A stretch of 64,000 bases of DNA, from NCBI GenBank assembly GCA_951804945.1, contig OX638153.1, positions 72,168,001-72,232,000 of the forward strand, read 5' to 3'. How positions within the stretch are numbered: position 1 is the first letter of the stretch; every line of letters begins with the position of its first letter. The notes beneath the pieces are model-generated. The model did no database searches, was not told where the DNA came from, and was given only the letters and a program-made list of their open reading frames with translations. The position numbers were made by a program, and so were the translations under genes. This document shows positions 13,701 to 26,411 of this stretch, piece after piece. Origin of the DNA: Podarcis cretensis. Lineage: Eukaryota.

Positions 13701-14960
13701 CCATGGCAGCATTTTGCAAAGACACAACATTACTCAGTCAGGAAAGGAATATTGTTGCATGCCACCCCAATCTCTGGGTGGTGTGAGATTCTAAGGGTCC
13801 CAAGTGCTTACCGAGGGTTTGTGTTTTCTTCAGAATGAGGGACAGCAGACACTGTGGTGTCTTCATGATGTATGGTTTATTTACACATATATACAACCTG
13901 AGCCCACAATGGAGAGATTCACAGCAATTAACACCCCAAGAGGTTTTTGCTTTCCCCCAAAGACACAGCCTTGGATTGAAGCAGAAATCAAGCACCTCTT
14001 TCTCTCTCTCAGCCTTCCACCTGCTTTCATCTCTTGCCTTTGTATTTCTAACTACCAGCTCAGGGAGGGGGCCCACCCATTTGTTCTCTGGCACCAAGCC
14101 ACTTCCTTTGTTCCCTCAATGGCTCTTCACCTCACCAGGAAGCTAGCCTGGCTATTCCAGGAACTAGAAGAGGGCCAAGGCAACCTAATCCCCACAACTC
14201 ATAGCAATATGAATGGCTTTCAGAGCAGAGAGACTGAATACAGGGACTACCCATTAGATTAAATCTATAGAATTGTAGCACCCCAAAGGAGAGTAAAAGC
14301 ACATACATGCCTAACATCTGGAAGCACAAGACTCTCATAATGACTCAGCATTTGTCCCCCGCCCCTGAAGAAAATGCCTTTAGCCAAAGAATATTTAAGT
14401 GAAAGTAGAAGGAATACCATATTGCAGGAGAATGATTTCCCTGCTCTGAGGATAACCTGAAACAATTACTGAAACAAAGGCAAGAGATTGCCTCATCACA
14501 TAATGCTACTCTCCTCTAATTGCTTTATTTGTTATGCAAAATGATATAGAATGGCATGTGGTTGGGTGAACATTTTTGTGACAGAGCAGCGGCTGAAAAC
14601 TCATCATACTGGAATGAAGCCACATCAAATTTTGCAAGTATTACAGCAGGCATCCTTAGGAAGGGTTATTAACTCTAACTGAAAGCATTATATTCTCCCT
14701 CCCTCCCTCTGGACATATTCTCTTGACTGCTATGGGCTTATTCAAGGCCCACATTTTAGGAGCATAGGAATCTGCCTTATACTGAGCCACTCCGCCAGCC
14801 CATCAAGTTCAGCATTATCTATGGGCGTGCTGAGACCCTGGGATTATTGCATTAGTTTCCTTGGTTATAATGCTAGTGCAACTCTCCTGGTTCCCTGGTT
14901 TCTAACATGCCTTTTACATTGCATTACCTGTTGTGGTATGGAACTGTGGCTTTCTGTTAG

Positions 14961-15004
<44 letters not shown>

Positions 15005-18000
15005 TTATTTATATTCCGCCCATCTGGCTAGGTTTCCCCAGCCACTCTGGGTGGTTTCCAACACAATATCAAAATACAGTAATGCATCAAACATTAAAAG
15101 CTTCCCTAAACTGGGCTGCCTTCAGATGTCATCTAAAAGTCTGGTAGTTGTTGTTCTTTTTGACATCTGGATCTACTGAGGTCCAGCTCTGAGAGTTCTG
15201 CAGTTCCCTCACTGGGAGAAGTGAGGTTACAGGGAACCAGGCAGAGGGCCTTTTCAGTAGTGGCACCTGCCCTGTGAAACATCCTCTCATCAGATGTCAA
15301 GGAAATAAACAACTCTCTGACTGAAGGCAGCCCTGTTTACGGAAGTTTTAATGTTTGATGTTTTATTGTGTTTTTAATATTCTGTTGGGAGCCACCCAGA
15401 GTGGCTGGAGAAACCCAGCCAGATGGGTGGCATATAAATATTATTGTTGTTGTTGTTGTTGCTGCTGCTGTTGTTGTTATTATACAGCTATCCCACAGTA
15501 AATTGCATTTGTACCAGGGACCATGGCATGACACAACAGCAGGTGTCATAGGACATGTCACTACCCTTTATGTGCTTCTGTGTGCTTCTGTTCCCTTATG
15601 ATTACCTCATGAAAATGGTGGGAAAGAGCTATACCAGCAGGGCAGAATGTCTCATTTCACTGCTTGAAGCAAAACAGGAAGTGCTGCTGTTGTTGCCACA
15701 TGCCTTCTACTGATGCTGCCAACTGTTCTGCTGACACCATGCACCTTTTCTCATCTGCTGTGGGCAGAGAAGCTGCACAGCCATCAGGGCCAATTTTCGA
15801 TGAGATCTCAACCAAATAGATGTAATTGTGCCCAAAATTGGCATCGGAGGCAGCGGTGCTTCTCTGCCGATGGTAGAGGTGGCGGGCAGGTGGGACACCC
15901 GTGAGTGTGCTGCCGGAGGGCTTTGGCTCCCTGAAGCAATGGCCTCATCCTCTCTAATGACTGAGCCAGCTCTGGAACTATATGCCAGAATACTGCCCAA
16001 AATTTCATCACATGGCTTGATCCTAAGAGGGTCCAGTAGTGGCAGGCCAGCTGACTGAATGAGAGACTGAACCCTAAAAATGTTATTAAAATGCCAGCCA
16101 ATATTTATTTCTATTACAGAGTCCAAACTGGAGTACAGGATACCTTTTTGACTTTTGAAGTTTACAGAGATGAAATCACAATGCAGCTGATTGATAATGC
16201 ATGCAAAATGCTAGGTACGTATGGCTTGGAAAGTAATGCAGCTCTGTCTGCACCACTCCACCAGCAGACCCTCCAAGTGTCCTTATTTTCCAGGGATATC
16301 CCTGATTTAGAGAAGCCATCCTGGTTTCTGATTTGATCTCACTTTTCCTTAGGATGTCCCTGTTTTCATTGCAGAAATGTTGGACTTATCCAACCCCCGA
16401 GCCATCTGAAGGTGGCAATCCTGTATAGGGATTTTTTTAAAAAAATGTTTAATGTTTTCTTATGCTTTTATATATGTTGGAAGCTGCCCAGAGTGGCTGG
16501 GGCAACCCAGTAAGATGTGTGGGGTATATAATATCATTATGGAACAGCATGTCCCCATTTTCATTAAAGAAGTATTGGAGGGTCTGCATCAGCCACCACT
16601 GTAAAGCACATTTAAAGCACATGACTTTCCCCAAGGAATCCTGGGAACTGTAGTTGGTTAAGGGTGCTGGGAATTGTAGCTCTGTGAGGGATAAACTACA
16701 GTTCTTGGTGTTCTTTCGGGAAAGTCATGTGCTTTAAATGTGTGCTGCATACACAGCCCTAGTTAAACTGGGTTCTTGATCCTATAATATTAATTAATAG
16801 ACAATTATTTTCCCAGATGTTCCCCCCGATATGGTCCTGAAGCAGTTTGGAGAATATTTCTTTGAATTCTGCAAGCGATCAGGTTATGACCATATGCTGC
16901 GGACTCTGGGAGGGAACCTCTATGAATTTATAGAGAATCTGGATGCATTGCACAGCTACCTAAGTCTGTCTTACCAGGTAAGTGGAAATAACTTTTGTGG
17001 TTCTACATACACAGCACATGTTCACAGCAGCATAATGTGAGATATGTCTATGATTATTATACATACTCTCACTGATTAGTTACTTTGGGTGTATTGACCT
17101 TGGGCTGGAAATATTTAGCTGCTGTTTGATTGCCTTTCTCCATTGCATATGGAGCATAGGTGCTTGAGTCCAGTCAGAGTTTTTTTGCGGGGGGGGGGGG
17201 GGAAGAATCCAGAGAGATGTAACATTAATTCATGGAATGCCCCCTACCTCTTAGAACTTTGGACAACAACTTGTTTTTCTATATTTGTTCAATAGTGAGC
17301 TTAATTTCGGCCACACCTTGATTGTAATTTGGTAGAACCACCACCACAGCCCAGATCATGTGCTTAATTTGGTGCCCAGGAAGGTTGCCCATTTGCTTCA
17401 GGGCAATATTGAAAAATAAGCTGAAATATGAGATGTGTGATTATTAAGAACTCTGGGTGTTTTTCAGGAAATGAACGCTCCTTCATTTAGGGTGGAAAAG
17501 AATGAAGATGGGTCGATGCATTTGCATTATTACTCAGACAGGCGAGGCTTGTGCCATATTGTTCCAGGTATGTAGTTTCCTCTGGAATGGATTTTGAAAG
17601 GTGGGATAGTCAGCTATTGGATTAATGTCTTCTGAATGTCCTGCACACTGTGTTTTTCTCTTTACAGACCTCTTCCAAACCCTCCATTCGCTATAAACTA
17701 GCAATTGTCCCAGTGGTGTGATGTCGTGCTGATTCCTGCCATCATTCTTATTATATATTTATTTAGAGAATAATAGCTTTGTAACAAAGACTGGCCCTCT
17801 ATGCACTGACTGAAAAACAAACAAACAAACAGGAAAAAGGACTTAGTTAAAATGTCATAAATTTACGGTTGCCATATTTCAAGATGTAAAATTCACCCCA
17901 AAGAGGCAAAGAGTGATACTCAAATACACACTTTCTGGTTCTGCTGGCAAAAATCTGGACATTTGTCAATTTTTCAAAATTCCACATGGATGCTACTATC

Positions 18001-21000
18001 ACTGTTTGAATCCCAGACATACCTGGGAAATTCCTGACATATGACAACCCTAATAAATTGCTATGGTGAGTCAAATGTTTAATTTGAAATCAATCTGGAT
18101 TTGAGTTTCTTGGTGTCTCTGGTAACCTTTCTTTTACATCATGGCTGTTGGCTGGTATAATGGATGTATGATCTGTATTTTTTTATTGGTACTGTTCCTG
18201 TTTTCATGGCCTTTGGCTAGAAAATAAACTTACGTTGTATCATCTATTGGGCTGCCTTTGAAGACTTCTTGGACACTATAATTTGTCCATAATACAGCAG
18301 CTAGGCTGGTTGGTGAGGATTGTGCTATCATAATGTGTTGAAGCAGGAACCCCTGATGAGCTTTGTGGCACATGGGTGATCCAGACATGGGGGGAAATGC
18401 TGCAAACAAGTGTCTGCTAAAAGCAAAAGCAACGTCTCTAAGCTTAGTATTAGTTTAGGGTGATGTGATGGAGGAAAGGAAAGAAAAAGGCAGAGTAGGG
18501 AGTAGGTGCAGAGGAAGATTTTTGCTCTCACTGACAAATCCAGTTTGCAATCAGAGGGATTTTTAAAAATTTATCTAGAAAGTAAATCCCTCCCCCCCTC
18601 TCACTCCAGAAACACTTTAAAAGTATGTAGCACCTGAGCCCCTGGACCCATTTACTTGTAATTTAGCAGATTTTATCCAATCTTTATGGGCTACAATACC
18701 TGCAAATTTCATGCACTTCTGTTAACAGAGGGGGAAAGTTATAGCCATTCAACAAATTCCCAGTTTGTGAATGGAGGCAAGAGAATGAATCAGACTCGAA
18801 CCCCCAAGCATCAAACTGGCATCCAGAACAAATCACTGCATATCCCCAATAACATCTAGTTTTTTTTTCCTTTTGCTTCAGGAATCATTGGTGCAGCAGC
18901 TTTGGATTTTTTCAACATTGAAATTTCCATGGAAATAGTCAATCAGTCAGAAGAAGAAGAAAGAACAGGGAAAAAGGAACACATTGTATTTCTTGTGACA
19001 CAAAAACCTGTATTTTCATACAGAAGGCGAAATAAGTTCTCTTCCTCTTCACCGTTTCTTTCAAGTTCTGGAACACTGGTGGAAAAACAGCTGAATAAAG
19101 AGGTACTGTGATATTCATTTTTGTATGGAGTCACGTATGTACTGGCAGGAAGACCTATATATAAAATATATAGTATCGAAGCAGTTTTAAAGTAATAGGT
19201 TGTCATCTTCTTCTACATCATCATCATCATCATCATCATTGAAATTACTATTACTATTAGTATTGCTACTATTATTATTGTTGAAAAAAGAAAACAGGTG
19301 TCAATATAAGACACTTCATTTTCAGAATCCAGGCATATGCTCAAAACTCTGGATATTTGCTTCCAAAGAGTTCGAAACAGTGAAGGATACTGGAAGATAT
19401 CCCAAGCGCATTCCAATTCAAGAGTAGGAAGAAATTTAACTTGCTTGTGCCTTCCATTATTACATTAATTATTTTGCTGATGCAAAGACCTTGTACACTT
19501 CTCACTTTTAAAATTTTAACAGTTTGGCAATTGTTTTGGGTTCATTCCACAGGACACTGAAAGAGCCACGAACAAGAACAGGGATAAAGCCAGCCCGCCT
19601 TCGACATGCCCTGTCAAGAAAAGTCACTGGGAAACAATTAAAGGAATTGTGACAATAGGAAAAGGTAAAAGTGTAACTTTCAAAAAGCATTGAACATCAT
19701 TCATTAATACTTTCAGTATGGCATTTAAAACCCAGGCTTTTTCATTAAATATTATTAATTTCTATCCCATCTTTCCTCCAAGGAGGTCAAGGTGGTGGAC
19801 CTTCTTCATTTTACCCTGATAACAATCTTGTGCAGTGGGTTAGGCTGAGAGATGATGAATAGCTCACGGTCCCCCAATGAGCTTCATGTCTGTGTTGGGA
19901 TTTGAATTCTGTTCTCCAAGGTCCTAGCCCAACACTAACCACTTCACCCTGGTGGCATCCCAGTAAAAACGACCGCGTTGTATTAAGGAAAAACACAAGA
20001 TAATGGTTATGTTACATGTCATACATTTTTATTTTTGAAAACCCTTCCCAGGTTCTAATTTATAGAACCTGTTCAGCCTGTTCTTCCAATCACATCATAT
20101 TCATATACATGGAAGGTCCCCGTGTACATTATTATGGAGTTCTTGGAGGAAGACGGAGGGAAATGAATTTATTTATGAATGAGAATTAAATTATCTTGCA
20201 GAATCATGCTACCTGAATAATGGTACTGATTCTATCAGGGAATTATGGTAGGACTGAAATTACCACCCCACCCCCCATATTGCAGGACGACTTCTGAAAG
20301 GATTTGATCCTGTCTATCCTAAGACCCTTTGCATAGATCCGAAGACATTTTGCAATGGGCTTCCTTTCCACATTGTATTTGATGAAGAGGTGAGTGAAAC
20401 TAATGATAACTTGTTTCCCTACATATGTGAACCAAACACAGCCATTTTACAACACAATCTTCTGCATAGCAACTCAGAAGAAAATCACAGTGAGTTCAGT
20501 GGGACTCGTTCCAAGACAAGTAGGCATAGGATTACAGATTCAATCACCTAATGTAATAAATTGTTTACTGCTACTGCCTACTGTTGACCTAGAAGCTTGT
20601 TCGCATGATAAGTTAACCTGAGACATTCTGTTTCATAATATATTAATACCGGGATTAATAACTACCCTTCCAGTAGTTAGCTGCTGAAAATTGCCCAGAC
20701 GGCAATCAAGCTTCGTCTTATAGCCTACTTTTCACCATTATTCCAGCATGGTCTCAGCAATACTGTTATGTGAGACAATGCAAAATCCACTCCAGCCTTT
20801 AAGTAGAGAGGCGTGGGATGGGTGCTGTGAGGATCAGTGTGCTGCCTCTGCCCCCTGTCACTCTTCTGATGGTGTTCCATCAATGGTAGGCCAATCTTCT
20901 AAAGCAGGAAGCCTTATGTCCCTTCCCTGCATGCATTCAGGGTTCTAAAATGAACAGCAAAGCTTTCATGTGTACAAGAGGCCCCCTCACTTCAGAAGAT

Positions 21001-24000
21001 CACTCTCCAACTCATGGAGGATGGTCGGAGCAGCAGCAAGGGGTTGGAAATAGTGGACTTCCGTCTCATGCTTCCTTACCTTTGGGATGGGGGACCTTTG
21101 GCCCTCTGGATGTTGATGGACTCCAATTCCTACCAGCTCCAGCAAGCCTGGCCAGTGATCATGGACAATGGGAGTTGTATCCCCAACCTTGCTACTGCCC
21201 TATCAACCTAGTGATAATGCTACCAGGTGGTTGGCTCTGTGGTGCTACCATTCCATGCTGGCTGTTCTCGTTCTTACTCCAGAGGTAGGATTGCAAGACA
21301 ATTCTGAGGGGGGTTGACGCTAAAGAGTTGTGATTCTATCTTTTAAGCTTAGAGTGAAGCAAGCCGGAGTCAGCATTCAAAAGATCGTGCCAGGCCTTCA
21401 GACACTAGGCATCCACCTCAACCAATACTTCAGTATCGTACGTCCTGAAGTGAAATTCACCATCTCCAGTGTCCAGAAATTTATCAACAGCCAATTTGTT
21501 TTCCGGACCAAGAGGGAGATGATGCCAGAATCTTGGAAGCAGCGTCCTATGTTAGAACTGAGAGGTAACTCATTGTCTCCATAAATATCGGGGTCAGGCA
21601 TGATTAAGGCGACTAGATGAAGAGCTGGCTGCAGGGCTGGGCAACCCTTGAAGAGTGTTAAGGCACTTGCTTCAGGCCGAGTTCTGAGGGGTGGGACACC
21701 CACTCCCCACCCACTGTTACTCCCCACTGCCTGTCGCCTGGACAGTAGCAAATATGGGAACACCCTCCCCACAAATCTATTCCCTAACCCTCTCCCCTCC
21801 CCTTGAATTCTGAAATTGTGTCTTCATTGTAATAATTGAGACAACTTTTTATATGTTCTGGGTGTTAGGATTCTTTTCCCATGTTGCAGTCATGGGATTG
21901 GCTTTATCTCATGACGGTGTATGTTTTCATTCCACATTGTGGGAAGTGACGAAGACAGGATGTTTTTACTACTGTGTTTCCGTGATGTAGGACATTTGTC
22001 CTTTGTTCTCTCTTTGCTGTATGATGCTGAAGAGGAAGGAGCTGAGTTACGATGTTCCAGGTATATATATGTTAATAAACGTAGTTTAGCCAAAAAGCTG
22101 TGCTACTGAGTCTGAACGCTGACTGCCTATATTCTGCTGATCCTGAAGTGTGCTGATGCCTCTGAGGTATCAGTCGCTGTGATGTTCGAACTGGAGAAAG
22201 ATTTTGAATCTCCCGACCGACCAGGGGGGAGAGAACATGCCAGTCGCTGTGATGTTCAAACTGGAGAAAGATTTTGAATCTCCCGACCGACCAGGGGGGA
22301 GAGAACATGCCAGTTGGGCATGTGTCTCTGCTAGACTCCTACTCATGTGTAGGACCTCCTGACACTGGGTGGAGTAGAAGTCTAGTGAAGGGTTGGAAGT
22401 TTAACAATGCAGATATAATCTGGAGGGAAAGAACAGCAACCAAAAACGTAAATAACTAGAATGAATGGCATGCAGGAAATGTACCTGTGATTCTGTATTT
22501 TTTTTAATCAGGTCAGATGATTTGGATGGAGTCTGCCCAGTGCATGCTGTACCTTTGCTCCCCTCTCCTGCGCACGCTGCATGAGCTGGAAGAGAGGCAC
22601 ATGCACATCGCCGACATCGCCCCCCATGATGTCACCAGGGATTTGATCCTTCTGAACCAGCAGCGGCTGGCTGAGATGGAGCTGTCCAATCAGCTCGAGA
22701 GGAAGAAAGAGGAGCTGCGGATTCTGTCAAAGCATCTCGAGGAGGAGAAGAAAAAGACGGAAGCCCTTCTCTACGCCATGCTCCCAAAGCATGTGGCCAA
22801 CCAGCTCAAAGAAGGGAAACGAGTCGAGGCAGGTGAATGAGCGTGAGGCAGATAAAACATTTGGGGCCAATGTGCAGGTGCTTAGCTTTTAAGGAAGGCC
22901 AAAATGAGAAACTTCAGAGAAAAATTGGTCCAGGCTCCCTTTCCCCCTTATTCGAATGTTGCCATTAGCCATTCATTTTAATGCCAAGGGTTGGAAACTT
23001 GGGGTCCTTCACAAATTTGTTGAACTTCAGCTCCAGTCTCCCACCCAGACAGTATGGCTAATAGTCAGGGAAGAAGGTAGTTCATTGGTGTTCCCCAGAG
23101 CACCTCCATTGTTTAGAGGGCACATACTTCTAAATATCAGATGCTGGGGAGAAAGAACAAGGGAGGGCTGTTCTTATCAGGTCTTGCTTTGGAAGCTTGT
23201 AGGAAGCATCTGGTTCTCCACTATGAAACTAAATGCTGGACCAGATGAACTTTTGATATGATCTAGCAATGCTCTTCTTGTTTTTATATGGATGGAGAGT
23301 TAAGCATGTGCTTAACTCTTATAACAAAAAGGACTGAACCACTCTTGGCCTAAATCAGGGTGAGAGTCTGTGACTCTCCAAGTTCTGTTGGACTACAACT
23401 CTCAACATCCCAAACCACTGGCCACACTGGCTGGGGCTAATGTGAGAGATGGAGTTCAACAACTTTTGGAGGTCTAGAGGTTCCCCATCCCCAGGCTATA
23501 TCATATGTATATATAATTTTATAGTTGGCTGTTTGGATCTTTTGCTGTGCAGGTGCATGAATTTTAGCTACATAATTTATTTATTTTTTATTACAAGATC
23601 TAGATATCTAGGAATGAATGAATAACTTGAGTATAGGTACAAGTCTTGACCACATTTATTCACTAAACTATCCCCACCCCTAACCTTTGTCCTTTTGGGC
23701 TTGCAGGAGAGTTTAAAGAGTGCACCATATTATTCAGCGATGTTGTAACTTTCACCAACATTTGTGCCCAGTGCGAACCTATTCAGATTGTCCTCCTGCT
23801 AAATGCGATGTACCTGCGATTTGACAGGCTGACCACAGTGCATGATGTCTACAAGGTCAGTGACAAATGTTCAGCCACAATTTAATGAAAGTGATGTTAG
23901 GGGGAAAGATGTCAACAGTGGCGTAGCTTGGATTATCAGCAGCCGGGGCAAGGCAAGTAATTTGCACCCCCTAACCCATGGATTTGCGCCCCCTAACCCG

Positions 24001-26378
24001 TGGATTTGCGCCCCCTAACCCGTGGATTTCCCTAACCCCCAGATGTTGCGCCCAGTGCGGCCGGCCCCCCCTGCACCCCCACGCTACGCCACTGGATGTC
24101 AAGGACCATTTCTACCCCCTCCTCTTCCTCCTCCCCCCTTGGTACCTTGTAATTCCCTGCTCTCTTTGGCTCCACCTTCTCAGCAGCCCCTATAAAAGAA
24201 AGGAGAAAAGAGATGGGTAAAATTCTCCTGTCTTATTCCCGATACCTGGGCTCTGATGCCCCCATTCCTTTTGCTTTGCTCTGCCTGAATCCTGTCTAAA
24301 GTGTGTGCATCTTCTCCGTCTGCTTACCCTTAATGTGGGGGTGGGGGTGGAAATGTCTTTGCGATGACAATGTGGGCAAGGCTCTCACAACATGCCCACT
24401 GCAGCCTGTTGAAAGACATCAGGTGGGCCTGAGGGAGTGGGATGCAAGTAGCAGCAGCAAAATGCACAAAGGAAGTTGAGGAGGAAGTGTGCTGACTAGC
24501 ACATAGCAGCAAGGGAGAGATAAAAAGCAAAGGTGACCTCTGGCCCCATGAGGTTGTTTGGAAGGAATATGAATTGAGAGTGGGAGAATAGGAAAATGGG
24601 GTGCGGGGAGGAGTGGTAGGAGTGGTAGAGATAAAGCAGAAGGTCAGGGTGAGACAGCTGTGAGAGAAACATCTGTGAAAGAAAGGGATGGGGGGGAGGG
24701 CAGTAAATCTGAGGTTACAAACTCTGTGGCAAGCCTGAGATGCCAGAGAGAATTTATGAGGACTGCATATAAGAAAGAGGATCCTGTGCTGAGAAGCTAC
24801 TAGGGGAAACCTGGAGTAAGGAACCATTTTTGGACTCTGAGGTCACCCTGTGTGTTGTTATAGGGAGCAAGAATCCTGACTGTTTTCCTCTGAGGCCCTG
24901 GTCCATTCTATGGCCTCTGTGCACTGGCTTATCAGTAGCTGTATCAGAAGAGAGGGTGGCCGTGATTTTAAAAAAACGCCGCGCAAAATCACAAACAGAA
25001 TGCATTGTAATGCTTTAGTTTCTTGAAGAACAAAAAAAGTTTGCATTATTGTTCAAAACAGCAATGTTACGTGTTAAAATAATTTGAATATCAAAAATGT
25101 TAGAATTCCATGCTAACGATATTTCACACTAACCCTCTCTCCCCGAAACCAGATCTTAAAATAATTAGGCAAGTCCTAACTAATATCACAATTCATTCAT
25201 TGATTTGTAAAAGTATTTATAGTGTTAACACACCACCCCAATCTGAGCGGTGCGAGGTTCCAGGGGTTCCAGGCACTTACCCTGGAATAATAATAAGCTC
25301 AGGCAGAGACTATTGGCCTGGCAGGGTTTGTCCGCTTCTTTTTTTAAAGGTGGAAACCATAGGAGATGCCTACATGGTAGTAGGGGGTGTTCCTGTGCCT
25401 GTATCCACACATGCTGAACGGGTTGCCAACTTTGCGCTGGGAATGATCATAGCTGCAAAAGACATAAAGAATCCAGTGTCTGGGAATCCTATTCAAGTGA
25501 GTAGCTAATAGACACATGCACATTATCTGCTTACTATTTGCAAATGGAGATGACGCAATGTAGGGCCATAATGATCAGCAATCTCAGACTTGATTTGTGC
25601 ATCATGTGCAGTAAATTGTAGGCTTCTAGGCTGTCATAATAAAAAAAAGCCAGTATGTAAAAGATCCCGTTGGTTGGCTTGACAAGTTTGCTGGGATGAC
25701 TAAAGACCAACGTCCCAAAGGCCATCAGTTCTTGTCAATTGCAAGATATTTAATGTGCACACAGAGCTCTGAACCCTGCAAGGGTACCATAATTCAGTTC
25801 AAGGGAACAGGAAGCTTTGCTCATGCAAAGGGATGAGTGTGTGGAGCTGGCTTGTGCAACACAACACAACAGGGATCCCTGATCATGCAGGAGGGCTAGT
25901 CTCTGCACACAGATTTGGACTGGGGGATATATGGCTAAAGGTTCTGTTTTTATATGTGAGATACAAGGGCTAGAAGGACAGGAGACCATGAGCACACACA
26001 AATGTCTCTGCAGGATTGGTCTTGAGGCCTGAGATTCCCCCATTCCAGTTATAGAAGTTCCCATTTTGTGTACTCAATAACTCCATTTTCTTTTAAAGGG
26101 TTGGGGATGTTGAGCAAGACCTTCCTGGTAGATCGTGTCCTCCTGTGTCAGCTGTAGTAATGTCCTTGCAAGCGTGATCGAGAGAATTGCACTTATTTTC
26201 AGACCTTTGAATTCAGGGCTAGAGCTTCAGTTTCTGTCTCTCAGAAAGAACAGCCTGATAGATTTGCTTCCCACCGTGCACCACAATGCTTATGAATAGT
26301 ATCAATTTTTATGAAGAATTACTATGGCCTGGGTTCAACAGTGCTTACAAGCCATTTTGGCATGGAAGCAGTATATAA

Positions 26379-26411
<33 letters not shown>

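Noticed and set aside
19326-19427. Possible extra cyclase exon after ttttcag (NPGICSKLW...)
   Set aside because: It runs into a stop at 19427. The only nearby donor gives 98 nt and breaks frame, while exons 6 and 7 already join in phase.
22171-22314. CRISPR-like or functional repeat array
   Set aside because: Only two adjacent copies with no spacers, in a eukaryotic intron; a simple tandem duplication.
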